Positions 16,443-29,904 of a DNA stretch of 64,000 bases are shown one piece after another. Origin of the DNA: Octopus vulgaris (Eukaryota); NCBI GenBank assembly GCA_951406725.2, contig OX597815.1:127224001-127288000 (forward strand). Direction: 5' to 3'. A program made the translations under genes and the position numbers. The notes under the pieces are model-generated. The model had not been told where the DNA came from, ran no database searches, and saw nothing but the letters and a program-made list of their open reading frames with translations. How positions within the stretch are numbered: position 1 is the stretch's first letter; the number at the start of each line of letters is the position of its first letter.

Positions 16443-16615
16443 CGGAACTTTTTCTCTGTCAATTTCTTTTATGGTAACCAAATCAAACTTTTTACATGAT
16501 GCAGTATTAGTACAAGAAAGATTATCTACTACTTTTAAATAATGCCGTATATCTCCCACTAAAGTTAATTTAGGGAAATTGTTTCCAGTCACTTCAACAG
16601 TTACAACAACAGTGC
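16443..16615 (-). CDS. Cadherin-repeat gene A, coding exon 3: (G)TVVVTVEVTGNNFPKLTLVGDIRHYLKVVDNLSCTNTASCKKFDLVTIKEIDREKVP
   Basis: tttttcag acceptor and gtatgt donor; 173 nt, phase 1/0; DRE cadherin motif. Confidence 0.9.
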
Positions 16616-17085
16616 CTGAAAAAGAAAATTTACTATGAGTAAAAATGATAGCATTAAATTCATGGTATTCTCAGCATTTTGTTTTTCTTTCATTTTTACT
16701 GTTTTATAATCAATTTTTGCTTACTAGAAAAGATAAGATGGCGTTTATTGAAAACATTTCTTTTTGTAACTGGATGCCCTTACTAGAGTGATTTTACCAG
16801 TCAAGTAAACTGGAACTCTGTGCCTTAAATACATTTGTATAGACTCCAGAATGTCATTTTTTTCAAAATGTATTCTGTCCATTCAGTGTGTGATTTTACT
16901 AAATTTGGTGTTGATTGGTGTTTGGTTTAGGTGTCACGGTTTGTTGAGCATGTCAAGAGACCTGTATTTTGACCCTGACCAAGGCAGTAATTGTAGGGCT
17001 CTTTCTAGAAATGTTGTAAACAACATTTTCCAGGGATTTTTATATTTCAATCATCATCATTATCATCTCCTTTATTATTATTATC

Positions 17086-17118
<33 letters not shown>

Positions 17119-17159
17119 GGTGGTAGTGGTGATGGTAGAAGAAGCTGTGGTAATAGAAC

Positions 17160-18148
17160 TGTAGGAAATATGACCGTATGTGGAGGTTGGCGACGGTCGC
17201 ATCCCTAACGAAATAAGATAAGCCATAAATACAATTTATACAATGCAGTGCCAACAGAATATAGATGAAAGACGACGAGCCGTTCCACTGTTTGAGAGAT
17301 AGATAAGACTTTATTTACAATGGTGTTAAGGTTAGAAGGTTGTGAGCGCTAGCAGGTGTTGTGTATGTGTGCATGCAACACGTGTTTGTGTCTGTGTGTT
17401 CGTGTGTGTGACAGATACAATAAGGGTGAATGCGTGACACAGAAAGTACAGAGCATAGAGTTAATGATGAAAATTGGTTTACAGTTCATAAGATACACGG
17501 TATGTAAGAGTTCAATATCAAGATGCGTCTCGGGGGGGAGACCGGTTGGGTGAATATGTCGAGCCGTGGTTGTGGTCTCAATCGCTGAGCTGGTTCTCCT
17601 AATATAGAATTCTTTGGATGGACTGTTTTTACTTGGTGAAGGGATTCACTCTAACAGCATGGATCTGTGAAGTTGGTGTGGACATGTCTGAAGTGGACGA
17701 TGGTGATGGTGACGATGGTAGAGACGACTTGAAGTTGGTACAATGATGGTGACGATGGCGGCGGAGATAGAAGGCGCTCTGTTGCTGGTGTACATTAGCG
17801 TCGTCGTGGTTGATCGTCTCTCACTGGAACTGGAACATGTTGAGTAGCTCTGTGGCCAGAGGTTAGTCCTTAGAAGGACTAGAACCAAAGACCCAAGTAT
17901 ACTGAGAACACTCCCTTATATACAAGTAAGGTGGCTCAACAGAGCCTAGGAGAAGGGACCTTAACCAAAGGCCGTGATTGGTTGGCTTTGGCCAGTGGCG
18001 CGAAATAAGTAGGGACAAATCGCACCTCATGTCAACCAATCAATTCAGTGGACACAACAGGAACAGCTCGGCCAAAGATGGCTGTAATCTCAAACGAGAT
18101 CATTCCTGCCGTGTCTCTCAAACAGTGAGGATATCAGAGAATGCTACA
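17160..18148 (-). mobile_element. Solo LTR (989 bp) with 4-bp target-site duplication
   Basis: Begins TGTAGGA, ends TGCTACA (TG..CA short inverted termini); GAAC on both sides (17156..17159, 18149..18152); on - strand CCAAT (~17980), TATATAAG (~17918) and AATAAA (~17312) in promoter order. Confidence 0.85.
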
Positions 18149-18511
18149 GAACTTTAAACCCCAAAATAAGATTATTTTTACTGACTTTTCTCTTGACTTA
18201 ACTGGTAGTTTACAGCTATCGTCATCATGAGCATCATTAGTTTTGTTGTTGTTGTTAGTGGTCGTAGCAGTAGAAATAGTACCTCTAAGTATTAGCATTA
18301 TATTTTATTTAGCTTGGGTTGGAATTTATTAATAAAGTTCCTTTCTCTGATTTTTGTCTCAATTTCAATTGGACTGTATAGTTTGTAGAATTGAAATATT
18401 ACAAATATTTTCTGACCACATAGATAGATGGTTACTCAGAGGTATCTGACAGACATCTGGGTCTCTAATTTGCTGTGACTGAGATATACATCATATCTAT
18501 ACATATACATG

Positions 18512-18554
<43 letters not shown>

Positions 18555-18736
18555 AAATAGAAAGATGAATTTTCTTGTAACAAATTATTCAAAGGTTTAA
18601 CCAAAAGAAAGCCACAATATGGTACTCTTATTTAAACAGAATTTGGAAATTTGTGGCCTTCGAAACATGTGTAGAATGTAATAAAAGGTATTCTGTACAA
18701 TCTTCGTTCAACTCCATTTTCATTATTCCATTCACT

Positions 18737-18770
<34 letters not shown>

Positions 18771-18773
<3 letters not shown>

Positions 18774-19459
18774 AAAATAGTAAAGAGTGAAAAAACGACA
18801 GAAGGCTTAAATGTTAAAAAATATATATATTTGCGTCAAAATGTCTGGAGAATATTGGAAAAATTTTTTTCCTTTCCTTAAAATGACATAATTTTATAAT
18901 TTTTAAAGAAATACCGGTTTCGCAGTTAGCTCTTCAAATTTCTTGTGACTTAATGTTTATTTTTAATAACGTAATCCTTGTATTTTTGCTAAGGAGAGTT
19001 CTAAATAAGGGAAAGTAGTGAGTGATTTCTTCCGGTGTAAGGGAGATAATCACTTAAAAAATTTTTTTTCCTTTAGTGTGAATTTCTCTGTATTATTGAG
19101 TTCGGATAGTTGAGTCTGGGTTTGTACTTTTCAATGAAGAATGTTTCCTTATTTAGTCTAATTTGTCATGATGATCCGAAAGTACATTGGTAAAATAGAA
19201 AGATTAAAAATTGTGGTTGTAGTTGCTTTGCGCATTTCTCAATGTGTTCACTAAAAGGTATCATTCTATATTCTGGGAATGCAATCTGTTGTCGATGCAG
19301 TGTGCATCTACGTCTGAGTGATAGTCCCGTGGACCCCACGTAGTCTTGGTGGCAGCCCGAGCATTTAATGACATAAATTATGTTTTCAGCTGCCACCAAG
19401 ACTATATATTTTTTAACATTTAAGCCTTCTGTCGTTTTTTCACTCTTTACTATTTTCTT
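18771..19459 (-). mobile_element. Penelope-like element (Neptune-type GIY-YIG C-terminus) with 57-bp inverted ends, in (TA)n
   Basis: [31 protein letters not shown]; 18771..18827 is the reverse complement of 19403..19459. Confidence 0.85.
18906..18944 (-). ncRNA. Degenerate minimal type I hammerhead motif (U3 variant)
   Basis: aagaaa-u-UUGAAGA-gc uaacu gc-GAAA-ccgg-UA-uuucuu; lies 3' of the PLE endonuclease. Confidence 0.55.
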
Positions 19460-19498
19460 ATATATTCACCCACGTGCTTTACCAAACAAACTTTCTTA

Positions 19499-19573
<75 letters not shown>

Positions 19574-19593
19574 GCATATATATATATACATAC

Positions 19594-19624
<31 letters not shown>

Positions 19625-20147
19625 TACACATATATATGCTTTAATAATATATTATATTAGGAAATCAATATCAAAACTCCTCAGAAAGATATATGTGTGA
19701 AAAATAATTGTTGTATAAAAAAATCTATAAATAAATAAATATAAATATGTATAAAAATATATGTAAATATGTATAAGTATAAATATATAATGTATATGAC
19801 AGTTTAAAAGTTTTGAATTAATTATTTAAAGCATCTTACGATCGTTTCACAGAAGAGTTGTCCCTATAATGAAATCCTATATTGGTAAGCATTTATATAT
19901 ACAGATATAAAATTTGAATTCTGTATAACATATCAAATTGTAGTTTTTTTTTTTAATTTGAAGTAAAATTATAAAATGGTGTTTTTTTGAAAGATAAATT
20001 AAAAATTAAAAATTACTGCTTTTGATGAGAGTCTTGGTTATTCTTCTGCAATAATCCATAATATTCATGTGTAAAAACCGTTATATTATCTTGTATTCCA
20101 AATATAGTTCATATATTTAGTTTAGAAACTAACTATATACAGCCATA

Positions 20148-20237
20148 TATATTTTATTTTTTCGCTAAAACCACTATCTTTTAAAGCTTTATTATAAAGC
20201 TTTAAAAGATAGTGGTTTTAGCGAAAAATAAAATATA
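20148..20237. repeat. Near-perfect 90-bp palindrome at the 5' truncation point of a PLE
   Basis: ttcgctaaaaccactatcttttaaagctttat / ataaagctttaaaagatagtggttttagcgaa. Confidence 0.92.
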
Positions 20238-21295
20238 CACCTATCACCAGCCCAACAATAAGGAAAAGGAATAATAGAAATAGGAAGGTCATCTGGTTTA
20301 CGCCCCTTACTCACCCGAGGTGGCCTTCAATATAGGTAAATATTTCCTAGCACTGATAGATAGACATTTTCCAGTTAACCATGCTTATAGGAAACTCTTC
20401 AATAGACACAATTTAAAAATTAGTTTTAGTTCAACTACCAATTTTAAAAACATAATCAATCATAACATACAAAAAACACAAGAAGAAAACAGCTGTTCAT
20501 GCAGGAATAAAGAATTGTGCCCGCTAAATGGAGCTTGCATGTCCAAGACCATCATATATGAAGCTACCGTAAACTCTATAACCACTAAAGACACCGTTTC
20601 GACGAAGAAATACGTGGGCCTGACAGAGGGTAATTTCAAGGCCAGGTTCAATAACCACACTTTGAGCTTTAGGCACTGGAACAAAAGAAAAGCGACACAA
20701 TTATCCAATCATATTTGGTCTTTAAGAGATAAAGGTGTCGATTATAACATACAATGGAAGATTTTGGCCAGATGTAAGCCCTATACTAACGGCAGCGGAA
20801 GGTGCGGTTTATGCGACATGGAGAGATGGCTTATCTGGAAAAGCAGCTTAGACCCTACTACATGTCTAAATACAAGGACAGAGCTTTTCGGATCATGCCC
20901 ACATGTGACTAAATTTCTGTTACGTTTTTGGTCCCCTAAAGAAAACGGATAGAACATGCTTTCTGTGTTATGTCCCAAGAAGATTTTATATATTTTTATA
21001 TATTTTTATGTATTTTTATATAATTTTTATGACGAAAAATGCGAGCGATGTATAAGTACGCAGGCAAAGCAGAGTTATAACAGAGTAATTTCCCTTCATT
21101 TTTAACGGTATTTTTTCATAACGTTTTCAAATAGCCAGATAACCGAAGAGATGGTGTTGTGGATTTCCACTTCGGCATCTGAAACTCAGAGTTTTATCTT
21201 GACTACCGAGTAATGTAACATATTGTATAGATAAATTTCCTCTATTTACGTAATATTGAGGTCTCTTTCTTTCTTTTGTTATCTTACCGTTTTAT

Positions 21296-21300
<5 letters not shown>
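20238..21300 (+). mobile_element. Penelope-like element, 3' part (Nematis-like GIY-YIG endonuclease, ORF 20320..20952) plus pseudo-LTR
   Basis: IWFTPPYS..NIGKYFL..HFP, CSC..CPLNGAC..IIYEA..YVGLTEGNFKARFNNH, RCGLC; ends in (TA)n; clade assignment from memory of motifs. Confidence 0.88.
21137..21199 (+). ncRNA. Type I hammerhead-like motif in PLE pseudo-LTR (U4C variant)
   Basis: agauaa-CCGAAGA-gaug..guggauuuccac..cauc-u-GAAA-cucagag-UU-uuaucu. Confidence 0.6.
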
Positions 21301-21326
<26 letters not shown>

Positions 21327-22481
21327 CTAGCAGCATAGCCCAGCGTTGCCCGGGTATGTAAGAGCCCCTAGTAGGCAACGACTAATCCCAATCTAGTCCT
21401 TTCCCTCTAGGGAATGAAGGCACATGTGTAGGTTGCAATGTCTTCTCCTCACTCCCAAATAACTATCAAACAGCTATTGATAATTCAACCCATCCAATTC
21501 CTACCAGGAAGAATTTACATTCGAGACTTTACCCCCAACATCGCCACTTCTGCTAATGGCTGCTGCAGCCGCAAGTTATTCGAATACTTTTTTTGTTTAA
21601 ACTTTCTTTATAACTACCACCCCAAACGTTTTACCTTAAATTTTTGACATACCTTTAAGGTCCTCAGACGCTACTTGCAAACTCTTGGTTTATTATAAAC
21701 CGCTTTTGTCGTGTACACCAAAAAACCTTTTCCATTCGTTTGTTTAGTTTGGTCACTTTTGACTTTTTCGTTGTTGTCACTCACATTGCTGCCCGCTTTT
21801 TTGCCGTTTTTCTACATTTTTCTACATTTTGGGATACTTACCCCACGTGTTCCGAGAGTTAAAAAAGGTCGAGTTGCGTCCCCTAGACAGTCTGTGGTTT
21901 GTGTTTAATACACAAATCGGTTTGCTATGTGTGCCACATATGATTTCATTAACCGATTTTTTCCAGTAATAAAGTATCCTATTGGAATAAAAAGGATCAT
22001 ATAGCTCCTTGGAGCAGACATGATGCTCGCTGTGAATTTCAAAAAAATTCCTGCCAATTTGTTAAAGATATTGTCGAAAATATGTCATCTTGAATTTGAA
22101 CGCGATTTCCCAAAATAGCATGATTTTATCGATTTTTTCTGATGGTAAGGTATTGCATGGAAAACTAACGGCAGAATTAAGTTTCTTGGGGTAACATTAA
22201 GCTTCACCATGAGTTTGGTGAAAATCGATTGCAAGTTGCGAAAACTACAACAGAAAATGTGTTGCATATAAAAAGCTTAGATTCTCGACCCCATGTCGAA
22301 TTTATCGATTTTTTCAGAACTGGTGGAACTTTTCCAAATTTCCCCTGCGTTAGTTTTGAATTATGACATTGGGCTATGTGTATGTCAAGTTTCATCAGAA
22401 TCGGTTGAAAGCCGTGGTCAGGGTGAGGGTACAACCTGACAGACACACAGACAGACAAACTGCCGTTTATATAGAGAGAGA
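21327..22481 (-). mobile_element. Non-autonomous Helitron
   Basis: - strand starts TC(tctctctatataaacggcagtttgtctgtctg) and ends with GC hairpin cccgggcaacgctggg followed by CTAG; inserted between A and T; no TSD. Confidence 0.8.
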
Positions 22482-22509
22482 TATGTGTGTGTGTGTATGT
22501 ATATATATG

Positions 22510-23700
22510 TATATGCCAACCTGGTGATGAGTTTCCTTGAGAACAAACTATACGATGAAATAGGGAAAGTCTTCGAACACGACTTCAGAGAAGACATCAA
22601 GAAAAAGTGGAAACACTACCTCGATGACGGCTTAATCTTTTGGAACAGATCAGAAGATCTACGAACATTCCACAACATCCTCAACACACTGCACCCATCT
22701 ATCAACTTCACAATAGATACCAGCCACAACGAACTTCCCTTCCTAGATATCAACATCAAGATACACAACTCCATCATCTCAACAGACATCCACTACAAAA
22801 AACCGACACACACCAATATTTGAATTTCTACTCCTGCCACCCATCCCACATAAAAAGAACCATCCCATATAGTATGGCAAGATGCATAAGCAGCATAGTA
22901 ACTGACTCACAAACACGCCAAATAAGACTAAATGAACTTAAAATCTTCCTACTAGAACAAAAATACCCACTTAAACTAATAAAAAATGGAGTCTCAAGAG
23001 CAATGAAACTGGACATCACACAACTCAGAACCCCCAAAACGAAAAACAAAGAAAACATTATCCCTTTCATAAACACACACAAACTTGGGGTTACCAACAT
23101 GTTTCAAATTATACATTCAAAACTACCAATAGTCATACAAAGCACCGAAATGGAAAACATATTAAACAAATATTGCATAAAATTCAGTAGATAGCAAGAC
23201 AAAAACCTGAAGAAACAACTAACAAGAGTGAAATTCTCATCAGAAACTAAAACTGAATTCTTTGTAAAAGAGTGCAGAGATGGTAGATGTGGGATCTGCA
23301 GTAACCCCACCTACAAATATATAGAGGGAGACAAACAAATGAAATTTAAGAGTGGTCACTTATTCAAAGTAAATGCAGATGTGAACTGCAAGACGCAGAA
23401 TGTAATATACTGCATAACCTGCCCCACATGCAAGGAAGATTATATAGGTGAAACTGGAAATTCTTTATAGCAATGAGCCAGAATTCACTAACATGTCTGA
23501 CAGGAGGAATTGTGCAAGATACCACTGAGTAAACACCTAAATACATGTGGAGAAGGAAAATTTAAGATCTTTCTCTTCTCCAAAGAATGACACCTCCTTC
23601 AGGAGGAATATGAAAAAATACTACATAACTAAGTTCTCCCCCAAATTGAATGGCTGAAAATATTTCTTTAATAAGTTGTACTAGATGAAGGACCAAATTT
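22510..23700 (+). mobile_element. Penelope-like element (Neptune-type), RT C-terminus + Cys linker + GIY-YIG, frameshifted
   Basis: YANLVMSFLE..YLDDG..LPFLDI..YKKPT; YLNFYSCHPSHIKRTIPYS; CRDGRCGIC..CKTQNVIYCITCPTCKEDYIGET. Confidence 0.92.
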
Positions 23701-23928
23701 GTAAAGTAAATTGTATTAAACACACACACACACAGCACTACACATATGTACATATACATAAATAAAAACAATCTTTAATCCAGATTCTACATCTCATGTA
23801 AACACAGGAATGAAACATTGGATTGAAAGAACTGAATAGTGGTATAAATATCAACACAATTATTTCTTCTTCCCCTTTTTCTTCTTTCTTCCCTTCTCCA
23901 TTGACACCCTTTCCAGATTCACAGGCAC

Positions 23929-23991
<63 letters not shown>

Positions 23992-24019
23992 TACTCACAC
24001 ACTCACAAAACAATAATAA

Positions 24020-24606
24020 GAACAAATCCAGACAATTTTTTGAGAAGTGACATTTTACCCCCCTTCAAGTGGCCAATTTCTAAAAGGCAAAAATCATTTA
24101 CAGTTTCAAAAATATAAACACTTTTTTTCTATTTAACACTCCTTTCAGGTACCCAGACACCCACACACACACTCTCTCACAAGATATTGATAAAAAGGAA
24201 ATCCAGACAATTTTTTGAAAAGTGACATTTTGGCTCCCCAGCTGATTGACCATTGCTAAAAGCCAAGGACTGATTGTTATCGACAACTTGACCATACCAC
24301 CTTAACACTCCTTTCAGACACAAAAACACAAACACACACACATACACACACACACACACACGTACACATACACACAGACACACTCTCTCTCACAAGATAA
24401 TAATAAAAAGGAAATACAAACAATTTATTGAAAAGTGACATTTTGTCCCCCTTGGAGTAAACACCTGGATTTACAATCACTATAAGCCAAGAATTATTAT
24501 TGATAAACCTACCAACTGCAAAGATATCAACAAATTTTTTCTCTCCTTCTTCCTCCTTTTCTTCTTTTTCTTTAATACCCCTTTCAGATACAAAACCACA
24601 CACACA

Positions 24607-24659
<53 letters not shown>

Positions 24660-24850
24660 GACAATGATAAAAAAGAAATCCAGACAATTTTTTGAAAAGT
24701 GACATTTTGCCTTCCTTGGAGTAAACAGCCTGACCAGCTACAAAGAGATCAACAAAAAAAGTTTTCTTCTTTCTCTCCCTTTTCTTCCTTTCCTTCTTTT
24801 TCTTTAACACTCTTTTCAGATACAAAAACACACACACACATACACACACA
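24020..24850. repeat. Degenerate tandem repeat, ~4 units of 175-265 bp, each with a (CA)n tract
   Basis: aaatccagacaattttttgaaaagtgacatttt recurs at ~24024, 24200, 24411 and 24676. Confidence 0.8.
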
Positions 24851-25160
24851 CACACACGTGAACACACACACATATGCTCTCTCTCACGTTCTCCCCATTC
24901 ATCACCCTCTTGTGCTATCTTATATCTCTCCCCACCACAAAACACTCAATAACACTATAAAAAGAGTGGAAGTTTCCGCAAGAACTTAGTTCAATTTGAC
25001 AACTCCACTAGAATGGATGAAAGTGCTGATATATGATACATGATATATGATGTATAAAAACATTTAATATACAAATAAATATCTGTAGATATAAAACTAT
25101 TTGAATTTCTGAGTACCTCATTTCTTCTAATATAAAATACTTGTACATCATCTCCAAACC

Positions 25161-25323
<163 letters not shown>

Positions 25324-25331
25324 GATATATG

Positions 25332-25368
<37 letters not shown>

Positions 25369-25559
25369 GATATATGACATATATATATATATATATACAC
25401 ACATATATATATGTGTAAGCATATATGCATGTATATATATGTAAGTATATATGCATGTATATATGTAATGAAACATAGTGAAACTATTAAAAGTGGAACT
25501 ATTATCTCACATTACAAGAGAGTTGTTATTGTTTCCCTTTTGACACATAATACCGAAAC

Positions 25560-25740
25560 TGTCTAATACATTGCTCCGAGCTTGCATTAAGCAAGAAGTT
25601 GAAACATTTCTGGTTGCATGACACTCCATGGACCCTAAGTAATGCATGTGTAAAATTTGAATGAAATCGCTTGGGTAGTTCTCGAGTTTTAGTGATGCAC
25701 ACATACAGACAGACATTCTCAGTTTTATATATATATATAT
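25560..25740 (-). mobile_element. Helitron-like 5' end fragment
   Basis: Ends with cagacagacattctcagttttatata, preceded by aaaatttgaatgaaatcg; same layout as 22380..22481. Confidence 0.5.
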
Positions 25741-25869
25741 GAAGGTAATGGTGTAGCTAAAGTTTATCGTTCTTATCAATCTTTTCTAAATGTATCCCTA
25801 TGAAATGAATATATACTGTCTTCAAAAGAATCAAAATTAACTTGATGTATTAAACAAAAATTTCCTTAC

Positions 25870-25923
25870 CAGGGTTTTGATTTTCCTTTACTTTTATTTG
25901 TTGAGGCAAGTCACTGGTAGCAG
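25870..25923 (-). CDS. Cadherin-repeat gene A, coding exon 2: (A)ATSDLPQQIKVKENQNP(G)
   Basis: ttatgtcag acceptor and gtaag donor; 54 nt, phase 1/1; V-x-EN-x-x-PG cadherin start motif. Confidence 0.88.
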
Positions 25924-27182
25924 CTGACATAACAAAAAAAATATTCATATTGAAGTATCTGGTATGGCATATGAAGCATTGGTTGAAACAATGAAATAGA
26001 AATATAAAGTAGTGTAATTCATTTATGATCAAATCTATAATAAACTATTTACTGTAGCTTGCTGAAAAGGTAAATGTACCATAAACACTAGTAACAGAAA
26101 GTTTGATTCAATTTCTATTTGATCAATTTTTGAAAATTATTTTTAATTTAGATATGTAGAACTATACTGTTTTTATAGTTTAAGACCAGCAGAAGATAAA
26201 AAAAAAATAAAGACTTCAAACTGAAATTAAAACTCAATTTGAAATTCAATTCAATAAAAATTCAAATAATGATGTTCAGATTTGGATCTATTTTCAATTC
26301 AAATTTTGATTTTCACTTTTTGCTTTTTTATTTAAATCTCAAAATTCCAATTTCTGTTTCTCAATGTGAACAAATTTTACAAACGGTAATCAATATTTTA
26401 ATTTCTTGTATATACATTATTATTTTAACTAGAATTACAAGATATAATTCCCATAGAGTAGAAATAAGATGGCACAAATTTCAGATGTAGATGGCTCATT
26501 TAGCTGGCTGTACTCTTTACACCTATGATTTCTAACTACAGATGGATGCCACTAGATTTGAAGCACATTACAAGAAAAAAGATTTTAGTAGTGACCTTCT
26601 TATGAGGTCAATGTGTGCTTTTTTAACAACAAATCATTCAATATGCTGTTGTTTTTATGCTGCTTTACTTCAAGTTTCATACTTAATACAGGAGGGGATA
26701 AAGCAAAACAAAAAGGCAATCATGGAATCAAATATGGGGTTTACATTTAATCTATAACAGTTAATTGTTATTGCTGATTTGCTTTCTTTAGTCTACTCCA
26801 TTTCTTAAAGGATCAGTCAATTAGTTCTCTAGCTGTAAGAAGCTTGTTTTTATTCTGAGCATGAAGACTTAAGATTATACTTGGCCTCCAATGGTATGTA
26901 TGTAAAGGAAGGTTTACTGCAATATTGAAAGTTCAAATGGTTACGTGAATGGTCACTTGCTGGTTTGACTTTTACTGAATAGAATTTAACTTACAGAACC
27001 ATTTCAGTCTATTTTTTTGGAATTCATAACAGAGGGCTACTGTTGAGTTATAGATCAGAATAGATAATTAGTGGATGCATTGGCAGAAGTATATACTTAG
27101 CTAAAATTTTATCATAACAAAGTAAACTTTTTACTGTGTTATACTGGTTTTGAATATGTGCAGACAGATATCCACAGCTATA

Positions 27183-27246
<64 letters not shown>

Positions 27247-27474
27247 TGTATATATATGTGTGTGTGTGTGTGTGATTGCCAGAGAAAAGGAAAAATCAGA
27301 GTAGGGAAAATTATGTAATGATATTTAATGACAACAAAACATTGTATCAAAGTATTAAAATGAGAGAAGGAAGAGGGAGAGATAAAAAAAGATGATAGAG
27401 ATTGTTAAGAAATTAGCAGTACACACACACACACACACACGCACACACATATATATATATATACACACACACAC

Positions 27475-27690
27475 ATCATCATCATCATTGTTGTCGTTTA
27501 ACGTCTGTTTTCCATGCTAGCATGGGTTGGACGATTTGACTGAGGTGTGGCGAACCAGATGGCTGCACCAAGCTTGTGAATATATACATACATATACACA
27601 TGCTAAAAATTGGGTATAAAACGTGTCAGATGTAGAGTGCAAGAGCGAAGACTGTGCTGGTCTGGTCATGTGATGTGTATGGATGAAGAG
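27475..27690. mobile_element. Two short RTE fragments (3' tail on -, RVQERRLCWSGHV on +)
   Basis: Similarity to other RTE pieces in the window. Confidence 0.6.
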
Positions 27691-27692
27691 AG

Positions 27693-27753
<61 letters not shown>

Positions 27754-29034
27754 TATACACAAACACACACACACACACACACACATACATACATACATAC
27801 ATACATACATACATACATACATACATACATACATACATACATACATCAAGTATAACCAGTATCTGATTGCAACCATTTGCCTGTGTCAGCAGCCATCAGC
27901 CCTTAAATGACCACCTATCTCCAATTTTGTGTTAAATTTTCTATGACCAATGCAGCACAGAATTTAGTTCATCAACAATGACACTACCTTTATACAATAA
28001 TCCAAAAGTGGTTGATGAACACACCTTAGAAACTAAAAGGCAGTTGTGGTTGGATGGGAATGATAGAACCGTATGCATATAAACATCAGTGTTAGTCATC
28101 TAACATGCGATCTTTTAAGAATGATGAGACAGAACTTTGAGACACTTTGCACCTTAGCAGCTTACTCAACCACTAAGGTGAAACTTGGCTTTCCAGTCAA
28201 CTCTAAAATGATTAATAAACTTGACTCAACTAATAGTATAGAATCCTACAATGTTTTGTCAATTTTGTTATAAGTTTTATTAAGAACACTAAGCAGTCTG
28301 TGTGTGTGATGTTAATATGTATGTTTAGAACGATAAAAAATATGCATTTTTTGATAGTTGTAAGTCAGTATCATTTTTGTGTAGCAATTAATATTCAGTT
28401 AGTGCTCAACAACAAAATTAACCATTAGGGTTACAAATACCATTTTTACCTCTTTCGATTTGTTCAGTAGTTTGGGTTTTTGGGGGTTTTTTCCAGTAAA
28501 TATAACCTTATTTATTTATTGTGGCTATTGTATATAATCCCTTTTGAGTTGTAGAGAGTGATTTAATTGGGATTTGGAAGTAATTTCTATCAGGTCCTAC
28601 CAACTATAAAGGCTTGAGCTTCTTTATTCTGTCTTGTTATTAAATCCTTCTCATACTAACCTGCCTATGATCACCCCTGCTTCTAATAATATAAACCTCC
28701 TGTTTTAAAGTGATCTAGTTTCAAACTTTCCATCAAAATTTCATGTTAATTTATGTATCAGATGCCAGCTTAATAACAACAAAGTTACTTTACTATATTT
28801 TCCATTATTTTCAAAATTAACTGAAGTAAAAATAGTGTATTTCAACAGAATTATAATAACAAAATACTTAAACAAATATACTACCTTCATAAGGCTATCT
28901 TTGGCAACTGTTTTATATATTAGAACCTGCCTTAAACCATAGTCACCTGGTAGTACGTTTCTACTAATGTAGAGTAAATCAGTATTAGAAAAATTGATTG
29001 ATTATTATTTAAGTTAAAATCTTCATTACTGTAC

Positions 29035-29086
29035 CTTCAACTGTGCCAAGCATCAACAACAAACCAATGAAAATGATGGAAAGCAT
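29035..29086 (-). CDS. Cadherin-repeat gene A, first coding exon (signal peptide MLSIIFIGLLLMLGTVE-A); exon extends to 29105 as 5' UTR
   Basis: gtttcag acceptor at 29106..29108; ATG at 29086; gtacag donor in phase 1 matches the next exon; hydrophobic core with V-E-A cleavage pattern. Confidence 0.85.
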
Positions 29087-29389
29087 CTTGCTCAATATTT
29101 TGTTACTGAAACAAGATTAAAAAAAAAGAGACAAAATATCATTTCATGTATTTTTCATTTGAATTTTATTTCATTCTTTTTTTTGTAATATTTCAAAATG
29201 TCAAGAAATTCTGCAGCGACATTATATATATTACAGTATTTAGTCAAATTGAAATAAGTTCTTTCCTGTTATTCTTTATTAGAAATATCCATCAAAATGT
29301 TATTAACTCTGTTGCCTTTGAGCAATATTTTAGAAAAGACTATTTCTAGACTTCCTCAAAACATCTGAGCTCCATGACAGGAAATATTC

Positions 29390-29552
29390 CTTCCCCTTGC
29401 CAAAGCACCCTTCATCTTTCAAACGACTGTCGTCCCTGATGTTCTCCTTCAACTTGGGGAACAACCAAAACTCACAGGAAGAAAGGTCTAGACTGTAAGG
29501 AGGGTTAGGAACAGCTTTGATGCCCGTCTCTGTCAACTTGTTAATTACCAGC
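29390..29552 (-). mobile_element. Mariner transposase fragment
   Basis: GIKAVPNPPYSLDLSSCEFWLFPKLKENIR (YSPDLAP motif region). Confidence 0.75.
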
Positions 29553-29578
29553 TGGAGAGAAAGAGAGAGAGAGAGGAG

Positions 29579-29615
<37 letters not shown>

Positions 29616-29904
29616 AGGCAGGATAGGGATGGTGGCAAAGTTCCACAAGAGATGGAACACAGTCACACATACAAATAACATACCACAAAGAAAACAGAAC
29701 TGATTTTACCTTCCTTAAAACACCTTTCTACCTTCTTGACCTTTATAAATCCAACAGAAGATCAAGCCTGCTCAACTGATCAGCCCTTTCTTTACCAACT
29801 CACTTTTCCATCACTCACTTTTAACTTTATTAGAAAACATCAAGAAACTGAAACTATAAAATGAATTTTTCTTAGAGTTATGAGCACGGACACCAGAAAT
29901 ATGA

